The notes below the pieces were generated by a model. It had not been told where the DNA came from. It did no database searches and was given only the letters and a program-made list of their open reading frames with translations. This document shows positions 1 through 11,539 of a stretch of 64,000 nt of DNA, in pieces. Source of the stretch: Scyliorhinus canicula (Eukaryota); the NCBI RefSeq assembly GCF_902713615.1, contig NC_052153.1, positions 53,112,763-53,176,762 on the forward strand, read 5' to 3'. Positions within the stretch are counted from its first letter, which is position 1. Every line of letters starts with the position of its first letter. Position numbers and translations under genes: made by a program.

Positions 1-621
1 TCATGAGAGCTGCTTGTGACAATAAGCAATTTTCATTTCATTTCATTTCTGGCTAAGATAGGCATCAATACATACAAGTAGTTATTTTAGAGAATTCAGA
101 GTTCGAGTGATCTCTCTGGCTACTTCTGATCAGCTGGATGGGTTAAGGAGGAATTTTCCATATTTTCCTTCTTCAAATTTTCCTTGGTTTTTACCTAGCC
201 TTTCCTCTCTCCCATTGATTTGGGTGCACTGAGAGTGTATATATAGTGATTGGCAAGGTATTAACTGTATGGTACAGGCTGGGTGCACCACAGGGGTCAT
301 TGTTCATATACCCAGCTTTCTTTGTTCACTTAAAGGTGGCCAATTCAGCTACAGTTCCACTAATGCTAGTAGGCCTTGCATAAGCGGGTAGTCAAGCACC
401 CAAAAGGCCATTTAATAGAAGGTGTCAAAGGATGATAGCCAACTTTGATGCTATTCTCAACTGATGTGCACACACATGCATCTTCCACCGGAGTCAGAAG
501 CCAAGCTTTTATGCAGAAATTTAAACTAATTTATTCCTCGTTAATCCAAGGATACTCGAGGCCAAACACAGCGAGCACGCTAACCCCATGGATCAACAAT
601 AGTCAACCTAGCACAGAACAG

Positions 622-802
622 ATCATAGAATCATAGAATTTACAGTGCAGGAAGAGGCCATTTGATTAATCGAGCCTGCACCGGCCTATGGAAAGAGCAC
701 TCTACTTAATCCCACGCCTCCAGCCCGTAACCCACCTAATCTTTGGTCACGGAGGAGCAATTTTGCACAGCCAATCCACCTAACCTGTACATCTTTGGAC
801 TG
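622..802 (-). mobile_element. HE1-type V-SINE 3' part with CR1-type tail, inserted in an older tRNA-SINE relic (about 330-870)
   Basis: (atcataga)n tail, ttacagtgcag...ggcc, ccaatccacctaacctg..catctttggactg. Confidence 0.8.
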
Positions 803-1135
803 ATTGAAACTAGGACATTTTTGGTACGTGTTGTGCAGTACCACACTACACACAGTGGACATTTATCAATAGAACATCAGAAATATCCTTAATTTTAAAC
901 ATGTGAACACAGGAACAAAGAATGATAGCAATTGTCCCGTTTGTAAAATGATTGTGACAAGTGAGTTAAATACATTTTACCTTGAATTAATTTGAACAGT
1001 TTCTTAGTTATAGAAGTGTTCTAAAACAATTACTTCTATTCTTGATCTTCATTTTAGACAGAAATCCTACAACGCACAACAGAAATGATCACCTAAAACT
1101 GCATTTACAAACAAATTTAAACTGATGACAGTTAC

Positions 1136-1200
1136 CTGTCTATGCAAATTGTATTCATACTATCGATTCGCATGTATAGCATCTCCGTGGCTTGTGCAAG
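1136..1200 (-). CDS. NCBP1: NCBP1 exon 12 (LAQATEMLYMRIDSMNTICIDR), 65 nt; gene continues left of the window
   Basis: tcag|CTT...AG|gtaac. No exon 13 found in 1-1135. Confidence 0.96.
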
Positions 1201-1999
1201 CTGAGATTTACCAGTTAAGCAAAACATGAAACATGTTTATCAGAAAATTACAATTACAAAGGACAATTACAAGGGAAATTTTTCATGCAGCAGGTGGCTA
1301 GGATCTGGGATGCACTGTCTGAGATTCTGGTGTAGGCAGATTCAGTCGTAGCTTTCAATGGGGAATTGAATAATATTTCAATAGAAAGCATTTGCAGGGC
1401 TTAGGGGAAAAAAGGTGAGGAATGGGACTAGCTGACTTATTCTTGTAGAGAGCCAGCATGGACAAGACACGCTTATTCTAAGCGTACCAATTTGTGAAGA
1501 GAAAACTTAAGGTCCCACAATCGCAGACAGAGATTACTCTCAGCAGCTATTATCGGGCGAGTGAGTCAATAATTTCCACTTTTAAAACAGATTTGTGTGT
1601 GTTTGTACCAGTAAGTTCCTCATACTATACAGCAATCCAGCATTCAATGAGACCTATAATAAGGAGAGTGTCCAATTGAGCTTCATTTGTATGACAACTT
1701 ATCATGCCTCAGAGTCATCTCAAAGTGCTTCACAGGATTTGAAGCTCAAGCAGTTCAAAGAGTCAAAACCAAAAGCAGTGGAAAGCTAGCAAGAAGCATT
1801 TCAAAGCATTTCTCTGCTTTTGGGTCAAGAGAAAACCTACCCAAAAAGAATAATGAAAACAATCCACATAACTTATGAACATTATTAAACAGACAGGAAG
1901 GCATTTGATATTGGAAATACTCTCCTCTTATGCTTACTCCTGAGTTGTTAGCATTGAGTAAATGGTTCTTTCAAATAACTAACATTGCCAAAAGGATAC
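1201..1999 (-). other. NCBP1: U12-type (minor spliceosome) GT-AG intron 11 of NCBP1
   Basis: 5' site GTATCCTTTT; branch-like TTGCTTAAC at 1222-1214, 13 nt before the exon; no polypyrimidine tract. Confidence 0.9.
1270..1475 (+). mobile_element. Old CR1 LINE 3' fragment inside the U12 intron
   Basis: Degenerate CR1 ORF2 end and 3'UTR (ttttcatgcagcaggtgg...ggatgcactg...gggactagctg). Confidence 0.6.
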
Positions 2000-2110
2000 C
2001 ACTTGTGGTAAAGAGCCAGGCTGCAGCTTGCAGAGTTCGATCAACAGTGTTGTATACATGACCTCAATATGAGGGGGTAAGGGCAACTGGAAAAGTTCTC
2101 CGAAGACAAC
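2000..2110 (-). CDS. NCBP1: NCBP1 exon 11 ([37 protein letters not shown]), 111 nt
   Basis: gtag|GTT...GTG|gtatcctttt (U12-type donor). Confidence 0.97.
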
Positions 2111-2494
2111 CTACACAAACAATCATTAACATTATTGAAAAAACACTTGTAATTTACTGGAAGTGAACAGAAATACATATTCAACTGCATAAATGTGTTT
2201 ATAGAATCACAATTACCCCACCCCATCTTGTAGTCTTAGAAACTCTAGTTCCTTAGCAAAAGCATCATTGGCAAAACTGTCAATCAATAGATGCTAAAAT
2301 GTCAGTTTTGTTTTGTAATGTGTATACATACACTGAGGCGCTTTAACACATAAAAGCTGCACCACATTAGCCAAGTGGACCAAGGCTTTCTAACAAGTAT
2401 GTACCACTGAAATGATAAACAAAATCATGCTGAAGGAACTAGGGGAATCTCTTCCTAAAACCTAACACTATTAAAATATGGTCTGAATATAAAC

Positions 2495-3500
2495 TATAGA
2501 ATAGAATGTAGAGGACAGTCGGAGACCATTTAGCTCATTGTGGCTCTTTGGTAGAGCTATCCACCAGTCCCACTCCCTTCCTCCTTCCCTATTAACACTG
2601 CAATTGCTTTCATTTAGAAATTCATCCAATCCCCTTTAGAAAGTTACTTTGAATCCTCTTCCTGCACCTTTCAGGCACGGCATTCCAGATCACAATACCT
2701 CAGCATAAAAAGAGAGATTTCCTCATGTGACCCCGGCTTCTTTTGTCAATCACTTTAAATGTGTTTCATCTGGTTACTGACCCTTCTGTCACAGGATATA
2801 GTTTTTCCTTATTTGACCATGACTCTTCCATGATTTTAAACATCACTTTCAAATTGCCTCTTTAGCTTCTCGGTTCCAAGGAGAACACCAGTTTCTCAAG
2901 CCATCCCACAGAACTTAAGTCTTCCATCTTTAGTATCATTCTGGTAAATCTCTTCTGCATCCTCTCCAAGACCACACTGTATGTCCTTCCTAAAAGTGTG
3001 GTGGCCAGATTTGAAAATAATACTCCTGCTGAGGTTTAATCAATGATTCATAAAGATTTAGCATAGCCTCCTCATTGTTGTACTCTATTCCTCTATTAAT
3101 AAAGCCGAGAATCCATATGCTTTAAAAAAAAAAAAACAGCCTTCTCTGCTTGTCTGCTGCCTTCAAAGATTTGTGTGCCTACTTCAGCTCTCTTTGATGA
3201 AAATGTGCTGTTTAGTCTGATACTATCCTCCTCATTTATAACTACAGTTGTGGTATTTGCAAACTTTAATGTACTGTATATACAAGTCCAGTTCATTAAT
3301 TTATGTCAAAAAGAGCAGTGATCCCAAAACCAAACACTGGGAATACAACAGCACACTTCGCTACAGTTCAATAAACAACAGTTCTCTGCTTTCTGTCCTT
3401 TTAACCAATTTTGTGCCCCTCCTTCCACTGTACCTTAAATCTCTTGGGTTTTTCTTTCAGCAACGAATCAGCATACATTCAGCATGTCTGAGGCTTTATC
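2495..3500 (-). mobile_element. Old CR1 LINE 3' fragment
   Basis: Minus-strand tail (atagaatagaatgtag...ccatttagctc) followed by degenerate RT C-terminal sequence. Confidence 0.65.
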
Positions 3501-3699
3501 CAGCATTAGGTCATTGGAAAGGTTTCTTTCTAACATATAGCTTATCTTGAACAGCTCACACAATCTCTAGTTCAGTAAAGTGAATTTAAAAAAAAATATT
3601 TTTAACTTCACTTCTATCGGTCTAATTTTCTATACTTTGGAATCAAGTCTCCAGTAAGATAAAATGTGAGTTACCAACTTTCATTAAAAAGGAACACAC

Positions 3700-3763
3700 C
3701 TCCACTATATGGTAATTCAGAGGAATCTTGTTTTTTCCAGGATAGCTAAGCAGCTGTGCAGCA
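3700..3763 (-). CDS. NCBP1: NCBP1 exon 10 (AAQLLSYPGKNKIPLNYHIVE), 64 nt
   Basis: acag|T...GAG|gtgtgt; phase consistent. Confidence 0.96.
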
Positions 3764-4194
3764 CTGTCAGAGAGAAGAAAATCAGCCAAGGGAATTTAAG
3801 GCAAAACAATAGAAATGTAAATTACAAATGTCACAGAATTACATTCAGAATCTCGACTATGAAGCTGAAATATGTCAGTGGCCCCCAGAAAATGAAGAGT
3901 TTACATTCTTTCACAGACCAAATTTAACAATTCAGTCTTAACATACTTCATCAAGTCTGCAATTTCAATACCAAGATCAATCACTAAACGTTAAAGAACA
4001 ATCTTAAGATAAAGGACCATTGCCAACGGCAACTTAAATTGATCGAGGTCCCAATAGTTAGCAGACAAACCCACAAATTATTTTAAGAATTTTTGCTTTC
4101 TCTTCCCATTTCCTTATCAAATTCGGCTGCTTCAACAGTAACCTTCCCTCCATCATAAGATCAGAATGTTCACTGGTATTTGCAAAGTGTTCAG

Positions 4195-5360
4195 TCCCAT
4201 TTGCGACTCTTCAGATACTGAAGCATGTCTATGTCCATATGCAACAAGACCTGAACAACATTCAGGCTTTGGCTAATAAATAGCAAGTGATATTAACATC
4301 CTTTAAGTGTCAGGGAATAACCCTCTTCAACAAGGGCAAATCTTACCATTGTCCCTTCACATTCAATGGCATTTATATTGTTGAATTCCCCGACTATCAA
4401 TATCCTTGGGATTACCGTTGACCACAAACTAATCTGAACCAACCATACAAATGCTGCGGCTATTTTTATTTAGGGGAAGGGTTCACCAGTCTGGAGGAGC
4501 TAAGGGAGAGGGTAGAGCTGCCGATGGGGAGTGAGTTCAGGTACCTGCAGTTTAGGGATTTTGCGTGAAAGGTCTGGAGGGGGTTTGCTAGGTTGCCAGG
4601 ATACACCCTGCTGGAGCGACTACTGCTCCGGATGTGGAAGGGGAGGGAAGAATTGTTGATATATACAAGTGGCTGGGGAGCAGGGAGGTGAAGATCAAAG
4701 AGAAATGGGAAGCGGAGTTGGGAAGGGAGATCAATTGGGGACTATCGAGTAAGGCACTGCCACGGGTAAACGGGACCTCCTCTTGTGCAAGGATGAGCCT
4801 GATACAGTTTAAGGTGGTGTACAGGTGCATATGACTCGGGCGAGAATGAGTGGGTTCTTTCAAGGGGTAGCAAGAGTGCGAGAGTGTGTGTGGGTGGGGG
4901 CCAGCGAATCAAGCACATGTTTTGGGGTTGCGAAAAATTGGGAAAATTCTAGGCGGGAGTGTTCGCGGTCTTAGCCAGGGTAGTGGAGGAGGAGGTGGAC
5001 CCGGAATCTTTGATGGCGATATTTGGGGTTTCAGAGAAGCCAGAGCTCATGGAGAGGAGGAAGGCCGATGCCGTGGCCTTCGCCTCTCTGATTGCATGGC
5101 AGCAAATCTTGCTGGAGTGGCCGGCGGCATCGCCACCGGGGGTAGCGGCATGGTTGGGTGATCTGTATGACTTCCTGCAGTTAGAGAAGATAACGTACAA
5201 GTTAATAGGCTCAGCAGGGGAGTTTGAGAAAAGGTGGGGGATGTTCCATCTACAAGATGCACTGCAGCTACTTCCACCACCTTCTTGATGGTAATTAGTA
5301 TGAGCAACAAATTGTGGCCTTGCCAGTGGCGTTCATATGCCAGGAAGGAATTTTTAAAAA
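4195..5360 (+). mobile_element. Second CR1-clade LINE fragment interrupted by an L1 ORF2 3' piece (about 4465-5245)
   Basis: Flanks resemble the LINE at 47770-48610 and 53335-54360. The insert translates to L1 C-terminal motifs (SSCARMSLIQFKV, AFASLIA, LEKI). Confidence 0.75.
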
Positions 5361-5531
5361 TACTAGCTATTTCCAGCATTTCTAATTGTTAACTATATTT
5401 ATGGTAATTTATATACACACACACAACCATATGCTTACACAAAACTTAAATTTAATCTGATAATATACCCCCCCCCCCCCCCCCCCCCCCAATAAAATGT
5501 TACTGCAGTACTGAAACAAAGCAGACGTTAC

Positions 5532-5629
5532 CATGTCTTTCTTTCCTTCCAATGAGATTTGATGATGTATTGCAGATTCTCCTCAATTACATATCTCTCA
5601 ACAGAGTGACTACCAGGCATTACTGGGCC
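5532..5629 (-). CDS. NCBP1: NCBP1 exon 9 (GPVMPGSHSVERYVIEENLQYIIKSHWKERKTC), 98 nt
   Basis: ttag|GGC...TG|gtaac; translated by hand. Confidence 0.97.
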
Positions 5630-5777
5630 CTAAAAGAAGAGATAATAGTTTAGGTGTCAAATTTATCTTAAATGTTCAGTGTCCTTATAACCAAAAGAAA
5701 TAAAGACAACCAACTGTCAATAAAATATGGTACCTGAAACTATAACTAGAAGATTAAGACAATTCATGGTCTTAAAT

Positions 5778-7586
5778 GTTCAGGAAGAAGACAAAGACAA
5801 CGTTGTCGAGGAGAATACTGAAATACAGGCTACTAGACTAGAAGGGCTTGAGGTACACAAGGAGGTGGTGTTAGCGATTCTGGAAAGTGTTAAAATAGAT
5901 AAGTACCCTGGGCCGGATGGGATTTATCCTAGGATTCTCTGGGAAGCTAGGGAGGATATTGCTGAGCCTTTGGTTTTAATCTTTAAGTCATCTTTGTCTC
6001 CAGGAATAGTGCCAGAAGACTGGAGGATAGCAAATGTTGTCCCCTTGTTCAAGAAGGGGAGTAGAGATAACCACGGTAACTATAGACCAGTGAGCCTTAC
6101 TTCTGTTGTGGGAAAAGTCTTGGAAAAGTTTATAAGAGATAGGATGCATAATCATCTGGAAAGGAATAATTTGATTAGAGATAGTCAACATGGTTTTGTG
6201 AAGGGTAGGTCGTGCCTCACAAACCTTATTCAGTTCTTCGAGGTGGTGACCAAATAGGTGGATGAGGGTAAAGCAGTTGATGTGGTGTATATGGATTTCA
6301 GTAATGCGTTTGATAACGTTCCCCATGGTAGGCTATTGCAGAAAATACAGAGGCATGGGATTCAGGGTGATTTAGCAGTTTGGATCAGAAATTGGCTAGC
6401 TGATAGAAGACAAAGGGTGGTGGTTGATGGGAAATGTTCAGACTGGTGTCCAGTTACTAGTGGTGTACCACAAGGATCTGTTTTGGGGCAGCTACTGTTT
6501 GTCATTTTAATAAATGATCTGGAGGAGGGCGTAGAAGGATGGGTGAGTAAATTTGCAGATGACACTAAAGTCGGTGGAGTTGTGGACAGTGCAGAAGGAT
6601 GTTACAAGTTACAGAGGGACATAGATAAGCTGCAGAGCTGGGCTGACAGGTGGCAAATGGAGTTTAATGCAGAAAAGTGTGAGGTGATTCATTTTGGAAG
6701 GAATAACAGGAAGACAGAGTACTGGGCTAATGGTAAGATTCTTGGTGTTGTGGATGAGCAAAGAGATCTCGGTGTCTATGTCCATAGATCCCTGAAAGTT
6801 GCCACCCAGGTTGAGAGGGTTGTTAAGAAGGTGTACGGTGTGTTAGCTTTTATTGGTAGAGGAATTGAGTTTCAGAGCCTTGAGGTCATGTTGCAGTTGT
6901 GCAAAACTCTGGTGCGGCCGCATTTGGAGTATTGCATGCAATTCTGGTCGCCGCATTATAGGAAGGATGTGGAAGCATTGGAAAGGGTACAGAGGAGATT
7001 TACCAGGATGTTGCCTGGTATGGAGGGAAGATCTTACGAGGAAAGGCTGAGGGACTTGAGGCTGTTTTCGTTAGAGAGAAGGTTAAGAAGTGACTTAATT
7101 GATGCATACAAGATGATCAGAGGGTTAGATAGGGTGGTCATTGAGAGCCTTTTTCCTCGGATGGTGAGGGGAGATAGATATAGGACAGATGTCAGAGGTA
7201 GGTTCTTTACTCAAAGAGAGTAGCAAGGGCGTGGAATGCCCTGCCTGCAACAGTAGTGGACTCGCCAACACTAAACGCATTCAAATGGTCATTGGATAGG
7301 CATATGGACGATAAGGGAATAGTCTAGATGGGCTCAGAGAGTAGTAATTGCGTGGAATGCCCTGCCTGCAACAGTAGTGGACTCACCAACACTAAACGCA
7401 TTCAAATAGTCATTGGATAGGCATATGGACGATAAGGGAATAGTGTAGATGGGCTTTAGAGGGGTTTCACAGGTCGGCGCAATATCGAGGGCCGAAGGGC
7501 CTGTACTGCGCTGTAATGTTCTATGGTTCGGCACAACATCGTGGGCCGAAGGGCCTGTTCTGTGCTGTATTGTTCTATGTTCTATG
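5778..7586 (+). mobile_element. 5'-truncated HER1-like CR1 LINE (RT domain); internal stop at 6255-6257
   Basis: ORFs 5727..6257 and 6258..7223: [33 protein letters not shown]. 3' tail gggccgaagggcctg...(ttctatg)n. Confidence 0.95.
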
Positions 7587-8767
7587 GTCAATAAAACTGC
7601 AAACCTACAAACTGATCAGCTTCAACAGATAGAAAGTATTTTGCATCCCCGACACATTTCAGTCTATCAAGATTGACTACAAAGTAATATATTCCAATAA
7701 TGGAAGCAATCCAATGGCAGAAATGATCAATGGCAAGATTTTAAGTATACAAAACTAGTATAGTAAACAAAATAAAACTAAGAAGTTAAAAGAATAATTC
7801 AAAAAGACAATTTTAAATGAGTGAAGTCAGGCAAAATGCAACACCATCAGTGTTGCAATTCGTGCCTGGAATCAGACAGTATACCTGGACACAAGTGACA
7901 TATGTATTTTAAATGTAAGCACATCGGGTGAATTGACAATTTTCAAATAAATATGCATTTCCCTTTTACAAACTGTTATCAAGGATGAGAAATGTCCATC
8001 GTTTGGCAGATTTCTGACACCGGTCCTTCAGAAATCCAATTCATTCAATCAGGAGATGTGGCCAGTATTGTGGGTGGGACCGACCCTCAAGTGAGAATTT
8101 TTTAAACCAGCGCACATAGATTGAAGAATTATGAATGACCTGAACATAATTTGTGCTTAAAATTCCCAAATCTTCTGTGCTGTTTTAGCCCATTTAGGCA
8201 AATAGCACACCTGGAGGAAACTCCTGCCCAAAGAATTTTTACCAAGGAAAGTCAATCACTGCAAAAGGTTAGAAAGACCATGTATCCTGTGAGATTGTCC
8301 CAAATGTATCCATGGCAAAGGATTAAATTAAAATTATAAATCCTTTGCTGACAGCAAGACGATCTTCACTTGTTAATCATGAAAAGTTAAATTTACCAGA
8401 TATAACAACTGCAAAGGAAATACTCTGTTTTTATCTAGGAGCAGAGAAAAGGCCATAAATACAAAAGGAGGAGGGGTGAAGATCATCTAGTTCCACAAGC
8501 CATTTATTACAAGCAGTGCCCAGTTTACTGGAAATTTATAGCACTTTTTTATAATGTGGTGAAACGCAAATATTTCTAGGCCAAGGCCACTTCAAATGGA
8601 TGCAATTGTAAAAGTACCACGAGATCAGTAGTTACTTACACCTCACAAAAGATCCAATTATCCAATTGAGAAGTTTAAAATTATTGGAAAGTTAGGCTAT
8701 TATGCTTGCACTGAGATTTTTGCACCTAAATGTCATATTTAAGCATAATATAATTTACTGACAACAT

Positions 8768-8812
8768 GATGTGAAGTTGCCGGCGTTGGACTGGGGTGAG
8801 CACAATAAGAGT
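8768..8812 (-). mobile_element. Penelope-like terminal fragment
   Basis: Reverse complement of the tgtgctcaccccagtccaacgccggca terminus at 14819-14846. Confidence 0.6.
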
Positions 8813-9407
8813 ACTGACAACAGTTCACTCCATATTTTGAAATAGTGAAAGCGGGAAGGGGGCGGATAAAGGAGACAACTACTGTAAAGATACTATGCAA
8901 TTACACAAGAGTGCTCCTGGTACATGCACAAACCACCCCTTAAATTCAATCTCCCCCTTCAAATTAAAGCCAAGTCCTCGATGAATTCAAATAATTTTAG
9001 GAATTTGGATTTGTCTATCAAAGAACACACTTTGGTTTGCTAGAGTCAAATGTTCAGCCAGCAATAATAGCTATTATAAGATGATTATTTTTATAGAATT
9101 TTACATCTGTACACTATACAGGGGTGGGTGTTTAAGGCGGGTTCCCCTCTCCCATCCTTGCTGCTCCTCCAGTCTAGATTCTGTTTCTGGAGCAGCAAAA
9201 GCTGAAATGTGACAACCTGTGATTGGACGAGTTGGCGAAGCCAGCGTGGGAGAGACATAATCTATGATTGGAGGAACAGCTCTGTCTCTCCCATGCTTGT
9301 TGCTCCCCCAATCACAACTCTGCAGTCAGTCCCCGCTCTGACAGTTGTGATTTTGTAAAGTCCCGTAGCAGGACTGCCCGCTAAATCCTGACCTCCTTGG
9401 CAGCCGG

Positions 9408-9791
9408 CCTTTCTTTTTCGGTTAGCTGCTGGTGGTGGAGGAGGAGTCCGCAGGAGATCAGGTAAGAGTCATGGCCAAGTCCAAGAATCACACCAACCAC
9501 AATCAGCCCAGCAAGTGGCACAGGACAGGGATCAAAAAGCCCAAGTCTTATTGGTTTGAACCCCTGAAAGGAGATGATCCCAAGTTCCTGAGAAACATGC
9601 GGTTTGCCAAAAAACACAACAAAAAAAGATCAGCTAAGGCTCAAAGCAAAAAATAAAGTTGTGATCACGAAGAAAAGGACTGGCAGTGTTGACGATTTAA
9701 CATTTACTGTCCTTGAAGATGGCAGCCATGTGATATCTTGTATTCCAAATTATTTATTTTGAATAAAATCTAATTGGGACTTTAGAAAAAA
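9408..9791 (+). pseudogene. RPL29: Processed RPL29 (eL29) retrocopy, ORF 9471-9656 open, antisense within NCBP1 intron 8
   Basis: [12 protein letters not shown]...GIKKP...[17 protein letters not shown]. Intronless, with a TOP-like CCTTTCTTTTTC at 9408, AATAAA at 9762-9767 and a short A-run at 9786-9791. Several normally invariant residues are changed. Confidence 0.9.
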
Positions 9792-10970
9792 GCCCCATAC
9801 CAGCCCCGAAGAGCAGAACATATATTTAAAATAATGGATTTCTGAAGGACCAGTGTCAGAAATCTGCCAAACGATGGACATTTCTCATCCTTGATAACAG
9901 TTTGTAAAAGGGAAATGCATATTTATTTGAAACGGGCACAGAGAAAAAGCAGGCAATAGGGACTAAATGGATGGCTCTGTTAGGAGAATTGGGTCAAGTG
10001 CTATGGGGGAAGTATACGACATTCTGATTCTGAGCCACAATCTCGCTACTTGTAGTCCTGCCATCACTTTTCTACTTCCATAATATAGCACACAAGTTAT
10101 ACTGAGATTTTACAATGTACTGTTAAAATTACACTTCGAATTCTATCTTCAGTTTGGGTTCCAGTGCCACAAAAAAAACAAGAGCACAGAAAAGAGCAAA
10201 ACTGGTTCTGAAAGCAAAGATAACGGCAAATGAGCCAGGATTGGCAAAGTTCACTTTCTTTCTATACTGTGAAGCTTCTGACTTCTGTTTGAAATAATTT
10301 ACCAAGCTAGCTAATAACAGTAACATTATTGGGACTATTCAAAATAGGACAGTTGGTGTATGAGGGACTGCAAGTCAATGATATTTTGCCATCCAAGATC
10401 GGTGTTGTCTGTCTTAAACCATGGCACCCATCACTGAAGTAGCACATTAACAAGGAACCAGAGCAACAGCTGCATTTCCCCCTCTATCATTTCCTAACAA
10501 TTAATTTGACAGCACATCCTGGCTCCATTAATCAGTGTCTTACGCAGAAATAACCCCATCAATTTGATTTGAGAGAGAAGACTGTTACATGTCACAAAAA
10601 GGACAAATTATCTTTCCTTAAGGTTGAGTTAAGTGCTTGTAAGATTGTCCGCATTCAAACTAACCATTAAAAGTCAATTACTCTAACCAAGCTAAGAAAT
10701 GAATCTACGTGAAGTGGGAAACAGAAAATTCAATTCATTTTTGAGTTGCGAGTGGCTGATTACATATTAAATATTTACTGTTTTTGATATCCAATTTGTT
10801 TGTCCTAGCATTTATATATCCAATGTCTTGTATTTATGGCATATGTTTAACATAGAAAGAAGTCCCAAGGTATGTCACAGAGGCACAATCAGATTTGAGG
10901 AAAAAAAACATTTAGTAACTAATACTTATCACTAGATGACCACTCAGCCAAAATGAACATTACTGCATAC

Positions 10971-11186
10971 CTCAGGGGCATCTGTATAGTCAAACATCCT
11001 GAAAATGACTCGTGGCACAGGATACATGGAGTCCTTTGTGTGAGGAGGTGGGGTGAAAGGTGGCAAGTTATGTTGCAACGCCTCACAGAGTACGCTGTCA
11101 AAAGCCAAGTATGGTCTTAAGATGTGTTTCTCCTGCCAACGATCCTTTTTCATCTTCTGAATTTGGGCCCAAAGGCAGTCCAAGTA
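10971..11186 (-). CDS. NCBP1: NCBP1 exon 8 ([17 protein letters not shown]...[11 protein letters not shown]), 216 nt
   Basis: acag|TAC...GAG|gtatg; ORF track 10944..11201. Confidence 0.97.
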
Positions 11187-11539
11187 CTGTAAAGAAATCA
11201 TTGTCCTTTAATATGGTGATAAATTAGGCTTTGATCAGTCATTCATTCATACATTGAAATGTAATATTTGCAACTTTGAAACTTTTCTATTGCATTTATT
11301 CTAACAATTATAAACAAGGTTAAAATCATTGTCAAAATGAGACAGTATAAATGGTGCAGGAGGGTGTAGCAAGTTAACAGATAGCACTGAACAATCTGAC
11401 AAAGGAATTTAACCACTAGAGACAAGAATTTTAAATCGCATTGTGAGATCAGGAGTCAATGTAGGTCAGCAAGTACAGGAGTAATAGATGAATGGGTAAT
11501 CTACAGATACATTAGTTTTAAATGAACTGAAGTTTAGGA

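Larger units (their letters stand above)
7941..9932. repeat. 98-bp inverted repeat pair (7941-8038 and 9835-9932)
   Basis: Arms are reverse complements at 97/98 positions (CCGG vs CCAG); spacer is 1796 bp. Confidence 0.95.

Noticed and set aside
9432-9470. N-terminal extension of RPL29 or a retained intron at CAG|GTAAGA
   Set aside because: The ORF-track start is a GTG; this is most simply the retrocopy's 5'UTR, and no acceptor precedes the ATG.
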